A stretch of 32,000 nt of DNA from Lentzea sp. NPDC051838. Lineage in GTDB: Bacteria; Actinomycetota; Actinomycetes; Mycobacteriales; Pseudonocardiaceae. Where the stretch lies: contig NZ_JBFAYI010000006.1 of the NCBI RefSeq assembly GCF_040681245.1, positions 19,198 to 51,197 on the forward strand. The letters run 5' to 3'. A program made the translations under genes and the position numbers. Positions within the stretch are counted from its first letter, which is position 1. Every line of letters begins with the position of its first letter. The notes beneath the pieces were generated by a model. The model was given only the letters and a program-made list of their open reading frames with translations, had not been told where the DNA came from and searched no databases. This document shows positions 1 to 13,021 of the stretch, piece by piece.

Positions 1-243
1 GCAGACGCGTTCGACCGCCTCGCCGAGGAGTTCCAGGTCTGCCAGGAATTCCAGGCGGCGGCGTTTGGGCAGGTTGGTGAGGCGCTCGACGTTCGGTGTG
101 TCGACCAGCAGGACGCAGTAGCCCGGTAGGAACTGCACGTCACCGATGGCCGCGAAGCCCGCGTTGAGGCGCCGCAGCACGGTGGGGTTCAGGCCGCGCA
201 ACGACGACCCGATCCGGTCCTGTTTCCAGTCGTCCACCCTCAC
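1..243 (-). CDS. HIT-family-like protein, N-terminal part (gene runs off the window's left edge)
   Basis: Minus-strand translation from GTG (241-243) is open to position 1: VRVDDWKQDRIGSSLRGLNPTVLRRLNAGFAAIGDVQFLPGYCVLLVDTPNVERLTNLPKRRRLEFLADLELLGEAVERVC. I recognise this as the N-terminal region of actinobacterial HIT-family proteins. The GTG overlaps the stop of the upstream gene (GTGA at 240-243), which suggests translational coupling. It is absent from the ORF track because it is open-ended. Confidence 0.55.
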   Translation of the reverse strand, partial: MRVDDWKQDRIGSSLRGLNPTVLRRLNAGFAAIGDVQFLPGYCVLLVDTPNVERLTNLPKRRRLEFLADLELLGEAVERVC

Positions 244-965
244 ACCTTCCCGAGCGGTCCTGGATCGGGCAAACCGAACTGGCCCGCGAAGTCCGCTTGG
301 AAGGCGAGCTGCTCCCGCATCGAGACGGCGCTGCGCGTGGTGCCTGCGACGTCCTCCGCGCCCTCCTTGGAGAACAGCGGCGGGAACATGGTGATCACGT
401 CGCGCAGGCCGAGTTGTGCCACCTCGTCCCGCCAGGTCGGCCAGAACACGGTGGAGTAGTACTCCTCCAGGCCGCCCTCCAGCATCCACATGAGCCACGC
501 GCTGTGCCCGCCGTCGAAGGTCTCCCACTCCAGCGAGTCCGGCGCGAAGTAGACGACCTGGCCCGGCTCACCCGGCCGCCCGTACGACGCGCAGTCCATG
601 CCGTTCAAGGCGAACGCACCGCCGAGCACGTCATGAGCGAGGACCAATCCCGCCTGTGGCGCCCACGACGGGTCGGGATCCGCGGGGAACCCGTTCACCT
701 CGGCCAGGCTCGGCAGGTCGGCACCCGATCCGCCGTAGACGCGCAGCCAGCCGTGGTGCAGCAACAGCCCACCGCTGTTCAGCGTCACGGCGCCCAGCAA
801 CGACCGCGCTGTCACCTGCAACTGCAGCAGCGTCGCGCGGCAGGCCTCCGAGTCCGGCGGCAGTGCGGCGTGATCCCCCTCGGCCAGCGCCTCCACCACC
901 ACGGGCCAGCCCGGCTCGTCGACGTCGACGAGTTCGGTGAGGTCGCGCATCACCGGCGCCACCAC
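240..965 (-). CDS. DUF2625-family protein
   Basis: 241-aa ORF with a coding-like composition. Motifs LLQLQVTARS, HHGWLRVYGG, VLGGAFALNG, YFAPDSLEWE and GLPDPG match my memory of DUF2625 proteins. It overlaps both neighbouring genes, consistent with an operon. Confidence 0.7.
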   Translation of the reverse strand: MVAPVMRDLTELVDVDEPGWPVVVEALAEGDHAALPPDSEACRATLLQLQVTARSLLGAVTLNSGGLLLHHGWLRVYGGSGADLPSLAEVNGFPADPDPSWAPQAGLVLAHDVLGGAFALNGMDCASYGRPGEPGQVVYFAPDSLEWETFDGGHSAWLMWMLEGGLEEYYSTVFWPTWRDEVAQLGLRDVITMFPPLFSKEGAEDVAGTTRSAVSMREQLAFQADFAGQFGLPDPGPLGKV

Positions 966-1675
966 CGCTTGGGCCGCTGTTGGGGCGCCCTCACCGGATC
1001 CAGTTCCAACGCGTCCAGCTCGGCGATCGAGTCGGCGTGGGTGGCGACGTTGAGGGCGAGTGTGCCCAGCTGAGGGGCCTCGTCACCGAGCGGCACCTCA
1101 GCGAGCAGGACCTCCATCAGCCGCTCCCCCGATGCCGACGGAAGCGGCTCGTCCACGGCCAGGTGCAGCATCAGGTGCTCCGCTCCGGTGTCGCGCCATC
1201 GCGCCTGCGACACCCAGACCGCCCGGATCGCCGGGAACTCGGGAAGACGGCGCCCCAGGGCCTCTCGCAGGGCCAGAGCCACCGGGTGGGTGGTCGGGCG
1301 CAGCAGGAGCTCCTGTCCCGCGCCCCGCAGGCCTCGCTGACGCAACGTGTGGAGCAGCAGCGGGGTGGGCACGCGCGCCCAGCCGTGATCCGAGTGCAGG
1401 GCCAGGCCACCGACGCCCGTCTGCTGCGTGATGTCCACCAGGCGCAGGGCGTCGCAGTGCACGGATCCGGCCGCGTCCGGCAGCTTGTCGGCGCAGCACG
1501 CTTCGCTGACGAAGCCGGGCAGGACAGGCTCGTCGTCCGAGCCCTTGAGGAACACCACGGACCCGTTGGCGTGCACGGGAACGAACACCCCGTGGTCGAC
1601 CAGCGCTCCGAGCAGCTGCTCGGATTCGGACTCGGCTGCTTGGCGGTCGAGTATGTCGGCCAGCGCGTCGTTCAC
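950..1675 (-). CDS. SseB-family (enhanced serine sensitivity-like) protein
   Basis: 241-aa ORF starting at GTG 1673-1675, with a GGGGGAA purine run just upstream. The N-terminal LLGALVDHGVFVPV...VVFLKGSDDEPVLPGFVSE pattern is typical of SseB-family proteins. Its 16-nt overlap with the downstream DUF2625 gene supports co-translation. Confidence 0.6.
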   Translation of the reverse strand: MNDALADILDRQAAESESEQLLGALVDHGVFVPVHANGSVVFLKGSDDEPVLPGFVSEACCADKLPDAAGSVHCDALRLVDITQQTGVGGLALHSDHGWARVPTPLLLHTLRQRGLRGAGQELLLRPTTHPVALALREALGRRLPEFPAIRAVWVSQARWRDTGAEHLMLHLAVDEPLPSASGERLMEVLLAEVPLGDEAPQLGTLALNVATHADSIAELDALELDPVRAPQQRPKRWWRR

Positions 1676-1692
1676 GGTTCCCCCAGGAAGAA

Positions 1693-1723
1693 GCCCGGCC
1701 GCCCCAACGCGGGGCGACCGGGC
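1693..1723 (-). terminator. Hairpin immediately downstream of the carboxylase gene (putative intrinsic terminator)
   Basis: gcccggccgcccc-aacgc-ggggcgaccgggc forms a 13-bp GC-rich stem with one mismatch and a 5-nt loop. It lies 14 nt past the carboxylase stop (1737-1739) and is followed on the minus strand by TTCTTCC. Confidence 0.5.
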
Positions 1724-1736
1724 TCAACCCTAGAGG

Positions 1737-7205
<5,469 letters not shown>

Positions 7206-7387
7206 CGACTTGACTCCTCGCGGACGCACAAACCTCAGCGGCAGTCGCCGCTCAATCGATGTACACACTCTCGTCTACTACCCGGTAGGAAAACCGCTAG
7301 ATCGAAGCGAGTTGAGCAGCGTGCTTTGTATGAAACCAACAAGCAACCAGGTCCTCGGCACAGGATCACTTGAGCCCGTGGCCCAAC

Positions 7388-8521
7388 TCACGGCTTCACC
7401 CGCGACCACCCGAACAACGCGGCGAACACGAGCGGTAGCGCTGTGATGACCAAAGCGGCCCGCACCGACAGCGCGTCGGCCAGAACTCCCCCGGCCAGCG
7501 CCCCCGTGGGCTGCCCGATTCCGAAGGTCACCATGCGTCCGGCCAGGTTGACCCTCCCCTGTAGCCGGTCGGGCGTCGCGAGCTGACGCACGGTGAGCCC
7601 GTTGACGATCACGATCGTCGAGGTCAGGCCCCACAGCGCGGTGCAGGCCACGGCGAGCCACCACAGGTCCACTCCGGCCAGCAGCGCGAGCACACCGACC
7701 CCTGCGGACAGTCCTGATGTCGTCACTCGACGGGGCGGGCACGCTTCGCTGATCTTGGGCATCAGGACGGTCGCGGCGAACGACCCGGCGGCCAGCGCGC
7801 TGAACAGCACTCCGACCTGTTCCGGGGCGGCGAAGACGCGGAAGGCGTAGACGACGATCAGACCGGACACCGCGCCGCCCGCGATCGCCTGACCGACCCC
7901 CAAGGCGGTGAAGAGCCGGACTGTGGGTTCCCTCCAGAGGAACTCCAGTCCCTCCCGGATGTCCGCTTTGAGGGAGATTCGCGGTTCCGGGGCCTGGTTC
8001 AGCGGCCTCAGGATCATTCGGACGAGCACGGCGGAAACAGCGAAACTGAGCGCGTCGAGAGCCATCGTCCCGGCCGGGCCGATGGCCGCGATGAGGACTC
8101 CGGCCGCGGACGGGGCCGCGATGTGCACGGCGGTGGAGGCGCTCCAGATCGCGCTGTTCGCCTTGATGAGGTTCTCGCAGCCGACGAGCGCGGGCACGGC
8201 GCCGAAGTTGGCCGCGTCGAACCACACGTTCACGCTCGCCACTCCCCCGGCGACGAGCAGCAGGTGCAGTGGCTTGAGTGCGTCGGCGGCCGCCGCCACG
8301 GGCACGCTCGCGAGGAGCCCGGCGCTGACGAGGTCCGTGACGACCATGACCGTGCGCCGGTGCATGCGATCCACGAGCGCGCCCGCGAGCAGCCCGAACA
8401 CGAGGTACGGCGCGGCGGTCAGTGCCGCGAGTGCTGCCGTGTGCACGGCGCTGCCGGTGAGCGAGTACATGAGGACGGGCAGCGCGACGCCCGACACCGC
8501 GGACCCGGCGGTCGAGATCAC
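7388..8521 (-). CDS. MFS transporter (MFS_3 / EntS-like exporter family)
   Basis: The 377-aa ORF is polytopic and hydrophobic throughout. It carries an LAGALVDRMHRR loop after TM2 (the D-R-x-x-R-R MFS signature). The first canonical start is GTG 8519-8521, but conserved-looking N-terminal sequence continues upstream (see findings). Confidence 0.85.
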   Translation of the reverse strand: MISTAGSAVSGVALPVLMYSLTGSAVHTAALAALTAAPYLVFGLLAGALVDRMHRRTVMVVTDLVSAGLLASVPVAAAADALKPLHLLLVAGGVASVNVWFDAANFGAVPALVGCENLIKANSAIWSASTAVHIAAPSAAGVLIAAIGPAGTMALDALSFAVSAVLVRMILRPLNQAPEPRISLKADIREGLEFLWREPTVRLFTALGVGQAIAGGAVSGLIVVYAFRVFAAPEQVGVLFSALAAGSFAATVLMPKISEACPPRRVTTSGLSAGVGVLALLAGVDLWWLAVACTALWGLTSTIVIVNGLTVRQLATPDRLQGRVNLAGRMVTFGIGQPTGALAGGVLADALSVRAALVITALPLVFAALFGWSRVKP

Positions 8522-8573
8522 CCTGGCGAGCCAGAGCTTCCCGAACTCGCGGTCGGCCCAGAGCGTCTGTTGA

Positions 8574-9065
8574 TCAGGATTGCGGAACTCGGATCACATC
8601 CCCGGGGTGGATCACGTTGGGGTTCGTGATGATGTGCGGGTTCGCGCGGACCAACCGGGTGTAGAGGTTGCCGTTGCCGTAGAACTGCTGGGCGATCCCC
8701 CAGAGCGTGTCGCCGGCCTTGACCGTGTACTCCTGGTAGACGCGGTAGCCGGGCACGATCCGCGGCCCGTACACCACCGGCACGATGATCTTGTCGAGCT
8801 CGGCGCCGTCCTTGGGCGACACCCAGAACACCTCGACGTAGAGCCGGTCGAGCGCGAACGACGCACCGGACACGTCGACGCTCACCTGGAACTGGCCGTG
8901 GCCACCCGTGCCGTCGCCGGCCATGAACCCGCCGGTGACCTCGTCGTGCCCTTCGTGGATGCGGTAGTTGAACTGCGCCTCGAACGCTCGGCCCGCGGTG
9001 CCGCCGATCAGGACGTGGCTGCCGACGAGGCCGAGCGAGCGCGGTTGCTGAACATCGATGGACAT
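8574..9065 (-). CDS. Gmad2 Ig-like domain + C-terminal LysM domain protein
   Basis: I place the start at ATG 9063-9065 (MSIDVQQPRS...), which has GGAAGGGGGA directly upstream, rather than at the track start 9125. The C-terminus YTVKAGDTLWGIAQQFYGNGNLYTRLVRANPHIITNPNVIHPGDVIRVP is a textbook LysM repeat. The N-terminal LIGGTAGRAFEAQFNYRI...GQFQVSV resembles the Gmad2 Ig-like fold. Confidence 0.8.
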   Translation of the reverse strand: MSIDVQQPRSLGLVGSHVLIGGTAGRAFEAQFNYRIHEGHDEVTGGFMAGDGTGGHGQFQVSVDVSGASFALDRLYVEVFWVSPKDGAELDKIIVPVVYGPRIVPGYRVYQEYTVKAGDTLWGIAQQFYGNGNLYTRLVRANPHIITNPNVIHPGDVIRVPQS

Positions 9066-9146
9066 GTAGTCCCCCTTCCACCCCTGTATGTCGTGGGGCG
9101 GAACGGGGGCGTTGCCCCGGGTCACCCCGGTGGCGCAACGTCCAAG

Positions 9147-9226
9147 TGGTGGAGGACGGAGTCGAACCGCCTTTGCCGGAGCTCCCGTTTTACAGACGGG
9201 CGGGGCTCCACAGCCCCATCTCCACC
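9147..9226 (-). tRNA. tRNA-Tyr (anticodon GTA), class II, CCA not encoded, atypical core
   Basis: Hand-folded from the reverse complement GGTGGAG-AT-GGGG-CTGTGGAG-CCCC-G-CCCGT-CTGTAAA-ACGGG-AGCTCCGGCAAA-GGCGG-TTCGACT-CCGTC-CTCCACC-A.
- Perfect 7-bp acceptor stem.
- 5-bp anticodon stem with a CUGUAAA loop.
- 5-bp T stem with a TTCGACT loop.
- 12-nt variable region.
- Positions 8 and 14 are A and C instead of the usual U and A. Confidence 0.7.
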
Positions 9227-9348
9227 ATTGTGCAAATGCATTTTCTACCGCTCTGAGCTGCGGTGATGTGACTATCTTGAGGGTTCTGACGGGTTTGGCT
9301 CAACCGATTATTCGAAACGTGTTCCGGGGTGCGGGCGATATCCGGGAC

Positions 9349-11922
9349 GTGAAGGTGGTGGGGCGGAGTCGCGAGCTCGCGATGGCGCGGTCGTGGCTGG
9401 CGGCGGAGAGCGGCGGGCTGGTGCTGTGCGGCGGTGAGCCCGGCATCGGCAAGACGAGGCTCGCCCAGGAGCTGGCCGGGCATGCGCTCGCGCTGGGTCG
9501 TGAGGTCGTGTGGGGGCACTGCGTCGAAACGTCTGGCGCGCCGGCGTTCTGGCCGTGGCGGCAGGTCCTGAAGGCGGTCGGCGCTGACCCCGACGTGGTG
9601 CTGGCACACGACGCCGAGGTGCCGCAGGACAGATTCCGGGTGTTCGACGCGGTCGCTTCCGCGCTGGACCGTCCCGGCCTGGTGATCGTGCTCGAGGACG
9701 TGCACTGGGCCGACCAGGCGTCGTTGCTCGTGCTCTCCCACCTCGCCACCCAGTTGCGGCCGGTGCTGATCTTCGCGACGTTCCGCGACCCGTGCCCGGC
9801 GGTCGCTGATCTCATGCGCTCGGCGGTGCTGCGCATCGACCTGCACGGCCTGTCCCACGACGAGGTCGCCGAGCTGGTCGGCCTTGAGCGTGCTGCCGCG
9901 GTCATGTCGTTGACCAGCGGAAACCCCTTGTTCGTCACGGAGATCGCACGTGCGGTGGACGACGGGACTTGGCGCCCGGACCAGCCGCCGCGCAGCGTCC
10001 GGGACATCGTGACCGGGCGTCTCGCGCGGCTGTCGTCCGATGCGCGGGAGCTGGTGCGCACAGCCGCGTTGATCGGTCGCGACTTCGACGTTGACCTCGC
10101 CGCCAGCGCTTCCGGGCTGCCGATCTCCGCGTTGGACGAGGCCACGCCGTTGATCGACGCGACCGGGCACCGGTTCACGCACGCGCTGACCCGCGATGCC
10201 GTCGAGGCCTCGCTCACCACCGCCGAACGCCGGGCGATCCACCGCCGGATCGCGTCGGCGATGACCGACAGCACGCGCTATGCCGACGTTGCCCGGCACT
10301 GGAGTGCTTGCGGGGAAGCAGAACTGGCGCGTGCGTGGACGATCCGCGCGGCCGAGGACGCGGTGCGGCGGCTGGCCTACGAGGAAGGCGTGCGGCTCTA
10401 CCGGGCTGCGGCGTCCATTCAGGACAGCTGCGAGGTGCAGGTTGCCTTGGGCCGCGCGGCTTACTTCTCGGGTGATCTCGCGGGATGTGTCGAAGCCGCT
10501 CAGCGCGCCGCCGAGCTGGCCTCGACGCCGGAACAGCTCGCCGAGGCCGCGCTGGTGCTCGAAGCCGCACCGGGCGCCGGGGTGAACGCGGTCGCGACCC
10601 CGTTGTGCGACAACGCACTCCGGCAGCCGGTCAGTCCCGCGACCCGCGCGCGGCTGCTCGCCCAGCGCAGCCATCTCGCGTTCTACCGCGGCGAACAGCA
10701 CCGCCTCGACTCGGTGAGCAGCGAAGCCCTGGTGCTGGCGCGGCAGAGCGGCGACGACCGCGCGCTCGCCGAAGCCCTGCACGCCCGGCAGGAGGCGTGC
10801 CCCGGCCCGTCCGGTCGTGCGGAACGGCTCGGGCTCGCCACCGAGATGATCGACCTCGCGCACCGCACGAGGAGTCCCCGCGGTGCCATGTGGGGCTCGA
10901 TGTGGCGGATCCACGCGTTGATCGAGAGCGGCTCACTCGCTGCCGCACAGGAAGAACTGCCCGCTTTGAAGCTCGCTTGCGACCGGGTCGGCGGCGCGGT
11001 TCCGTTGTGGCACCTGGAGATCGTGACGGCCTGCCTGGCTCAGGCGCAGGGACGGTTCGATGAGGCGCGTTCGGTCGGCCGGCACGCCTACGACCGCATG
11101 CGGGTGATCGAACGCGAACCGGCTTCCGGCGCGTACTTCGCGTTGCAGTGCGGTCTGGCGTGTCATCTGAGCCCGACCGAGGACGGTTTGGAGCTGGCCC
11201 GCCACTTCCACGACCCGCCGCCGCGGTTCCGGCTGATGTCGAAGCTGACGCGGGCGTTCCTGTTGCTGCGCGCGGGTTTCCGCGACGAGGCACTGGAGTG
11301 GTACCGCCGCAGCGGCCCGATCGCCGACTGGGACCTGCCCGCGTTCTTCGTGGTGCCGGGCCTGGTCGACGCCGTGCTCGTCACATCAGGGCTGGGCCTG
11401 CTCGACGACCTCGCCGAGATCCTGCCGCGCCTGGAGGCGTTCCGCGGCGAGCACGCGGCCGGCAACGGCGTCGCGTACATGGGGCCTGCGTCGCTGGCCT
11501 TGGGCCGCGGGCGCCTGGCTTTGGGTGAGTACGAGGACGCTGTCGTGGACCTGACCGCCGCCAAGGACGAGGCGTCTCAGGCGGGCGCGGCTGCGTTCGC
11601 GGCCGAGGCTCGCTGGCATCTCGCGGCCGCGTTGCGCGCGTTGGGCCGTGACGCCGACACCGTGCAACGCGCCGCCGACCGCGCCATCCGCACGTTGGGC
11701 ATGACCGCGTTCACCGTGGCCGAGCTGAGCAGCCGCGAGCACGAGGTGGCCCGGCTGGTCACCGACGGCCTGACCAACCGCCAGATCGCCACGCGGCTGG
11801 TGATCTCCGAACGCACCGCGCAGAACCACGTCCAGCACATCCTGACCAAGCTCGGCTTCAGCACCCGCACCCAGATCGCGGCGTGGATGAGTACCCGTCC
11901 GAGTACTCCGGCGGATGGCTGA
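9349..11922 (+). CDS. LAL-type regulator (N-terminal AAA/P-loop NTPase, helical repeat middle, C-terminal LuxR HTH)
   Basis: The P-loop GGEPGIGKTRLAQE is followed by LVIVLEDVHWADQAS (Walker B-like). The C-terminal LSSREHEVARLVTDGLTNRQIATRLVISERTAQNHVQHILTKLGFSTRTQIAAW is a LuxR/GerE HTH. The track ORF starts at 9088 but would run across the tRNA, so I place the start at GTG 9349 (VKVVGRSRELA...). ATG 9382 is an alternative. Confidence 0.85.
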   Translation: MKVVGRSRELAMARSWLAAESGGLVLCGGEPGIGKTRLAQELAGHALALGREVVWGHCVETSGAPAFWPWRQVLKAVGADPDVVLAHDAEVPQDRFRVFDAVASALDRPGLVIVLEDVHWADQASLLVLSHLATQLRPVLIFATFRDPCPAVADLMRSAVLRIDLHGLSHDEVAELVGLERAAAVMSLTSGNPLFVTEIARAVDDGTWRPDQPPRSVRDIVTGRLARLSSDARELVRTAALIGRDFDVDLAASASGLPISALDEATPLIDATGHRFTHALTRDAVEASLTTAERRAIHRRIASAMTDSTRYADVARHWSACGEAELARAWTIRAAEDAVRRLAYEEGVRLYRAAASIQDSCEVQVALGRAAYFSGDLAGCVEAAQRAAELASTPEQLAEAALVLEAAPGAGVNAVATPLCDNALRQPVSPATRARLLAQRSHLAFYRGEQHRLDSVSSEALVLARQSGDDRALAEALHARQEACPGPSGRAERLGLATEMIDLAHRTRSPRGAMWGSMWRIHALIESGSLAAAQEELPALKLACDRVGGAVPLWHLEIVTACLAQAQGRFDEARSVGRHAYDRMRVIEREPASGAYFALQCGLACHLSPTEDGLELARHFHDPPPRFRLMSKLTRAFLLLRAGFRDEALEWYRRSGPIADWDLPAFFVVPGLVDAVLVTSGLGLLDDLAEILPRLEAFRGEHAAGNGVAYMGPASLALGRGRLALGEYEDAVVDLTAAKDEASQAGAAAFAAEARWHLAAALRALGRDADTVQRAADRAIRTLGMTAFTVAELSSREHEVARLVTDGLTNRQIATRLVISERTAQNHVQHILTKLGFSTRTQIAAWMSTRPSTPADG

Positions 11923-11973
11923 CCAGCTCGTTCTTCCTAGGTTTGGAGCCACACCGCACCGAGGAGGAACACC

Positions 11974-12249
11974 ATGTGGCTCACCATCGCGACCCCGCCC
12001 ACCCAGTCCCTGGACAAGCTCGACCAGATGATGGGCGCACTCGTCCCGGACGGCCTGCGCGCCCGCTACGCCTGCCAGGCCGACGGCAAGTTCCAGATCA
12101 TCGCCGTGTGGGAGACGAAGGACCACGCCGACCGCTTCTTCCGCGAGACCCTCGGCCCCGTGCTGGCTCGTGTGCTGGGCCCGGAACCGGCCGGCGCCCC
12201 CGCGGTCACCGGCTACGAGGTGCTGCGGGAGTTCGTGCCCGTCAGTTGA
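11974..12249 (+). CDS. Small hypothetical protein (91 aa)
   Basis: ATG 11974 is preceded by GAGGAGGAAC at ideal spacing. Codon third positions are GC-rich. I recognise no motif with certainty. Confidence 0.55.
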   Translation: MWLTIATPPTQSLDKLDQMMGALVPDGLRARYACQADGKFQIIAVWETKDHADRFFRETLGPVLARVLGPEPAGAPAVTGYEVLREFVPVS

Positions 12250-12718
12250 GGACGGCGATCGACACGTTGAGGGCCGCCGCGAAGCTCACCCACGCCAGGT
12301 AGGGCGCGAGGAGCAGCGCGGCGGCCCTGCTGCGCCACCAGAACACGACCACCACCGCGACGATCGCGAGCCACAGCAGCACGATCTCGGCGAACGCGAC
12401 CCCGTACCAGCCGAGCCCGAAGAACAACGGCGTCCACGCCGCGTTCAGCACCAGCTGCACCCCGAACACGGTCAGCTCGGCCCGCGACGCGCCGTTCCGC
12501 CACGCCAGCCACCCGGACGCCGCGATCATCGCGTACAGCACCGTCCACACAAGACCGAACAGCCACGCGGGAGGTGCCCAGCCCGGACGGCGCAGCGCGA
12601 GGTACTCGTCGCCGGCCGAGATCGAGAACAGCGATCCGACCACGGCGGTCACGACGACAGCCACGATGAACACGAACAGCACCCGGACGGGGTGGTGCCG
12701 CAGCGGCAACGTCGTCAT
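12242..12718 (-). CDS. tspO: TspO/MBR tryptophan-rich sensory protein (tetrapyrrole-binding membrane protein)
   Basis: Start at ATG 12716-12718 (MTTLPLRHH...), 158 aa, five hydrophobic helices. It is Trp-rich with family-typical stretches: RPGWAPPAWLFGLVWTVLYAMIA, QLVLNAAWTPLFFG and LLLAPYLAWVSFAAALN. The Arg/Gly-rich N-terminal extension in the track ORF (to 12979) is rejected. Confidence 0.9.
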   Translation of the reverse strand: MTTLPLRHHPVRVLFVFIVAVVVTAVVGSLFSISAGDEYLALRRPGWAPPAWLFGLVWTVLYAMIAASGWLAWRNGASRAELTVFGVQLVLNAAWTPLFFGLGWYGVAFAEIVLLWLAIVAVVVVFWWRSRAAALLLAPYLAWVSFAAALNVSIAVLN

Positions 12719-13011
12719 GAGGAACTCCCGAATGGCAGAGCGCGGATGATGGCGAGCACCGTCGCGCGACTCGGGGCCGCGCGTTCGGCGTCGTCGAGCA
12801 GGGAGATCTCGTCCGCCAGCACTGCCTGACGGATCTGGTCGGCGACGCCGGGAAGCTCCCACCGCAACGCCTCGACCAGCCTGCCCCTCAAGGCACGCCC
12901 CGCCGGGTCGTCGGACGGCAGCACCTTCCAGTGCGCGCGCAGGACGCGCTCGGCCACCTCCTCGCCCCCGACCGCCCACAGCAGGCGGATCATCCGGTCG
13001 GCGAGGCCCAT
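12715..13011 (-). CDS. Hypothetical 98-aa protein, translationally coupled to tspO
   Basis: ATG 13009-13011 lies 10 nt downstream of the MerR-type gene's stop. Its own stop overlaps the tspO start (ATGA at 12715-12718). Composition is coding-like and no domain is recognised. Confidence 0.6.
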   Translation of the reverse strand: MGLADRMIRLLWAVGGEEVAERVLRAHWKVLPSDDPAGRALRGRLVEALRWELPGVADQIRQAVLADEISLLDDAERAAPSRATVLAIIRALPFGSSS

Positions 13012-13021
13012 GCCCCGAAGT

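Noticed and set aside
7206-7387. Promoter or riboswitch-like element upstream of the carboxylase gene, and small plus-strand ORFs 7078-7446 / 7149-7373
   Set aside because: The region is less GC-rich and certainly holds the promoter. However, I could not find a convincing -35/-10 pair or a conserved RNA fold by eye. The small ORFs overlap the carboxylase 5' end and have non-coding-like composition.
9088-9348. N-terminal 87 codons of the 944-aa track ORF (LAL regulator)
   Set aside because: This extension would run across the minus-strand tRNA-Tyr (9147-9226) and the AT-rich intergenic region. The conserved regulator sequence (VVGRSRELA...GEPGIGKT) only begins after GTG 9349.
9190-10914. 574-aa and 324-aa minus-strand ORFs opposite the LAL regulator
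   Set aside because: These are antisense artefacts. They are Arg/Pro/Gly-rich and have no motifs, whereas the plus strand carries P-loop and LuxR HTH signatures.
12719-12979. Arg/Gly-rich N-terminal extension of the TspO ORF
   Set aside because: It overlaps the well-formed 98-aa gene in another frame. TspO proteins are about 150-170 aa, and ATG 12718 forms an ATGA coupling with the upstream stop.
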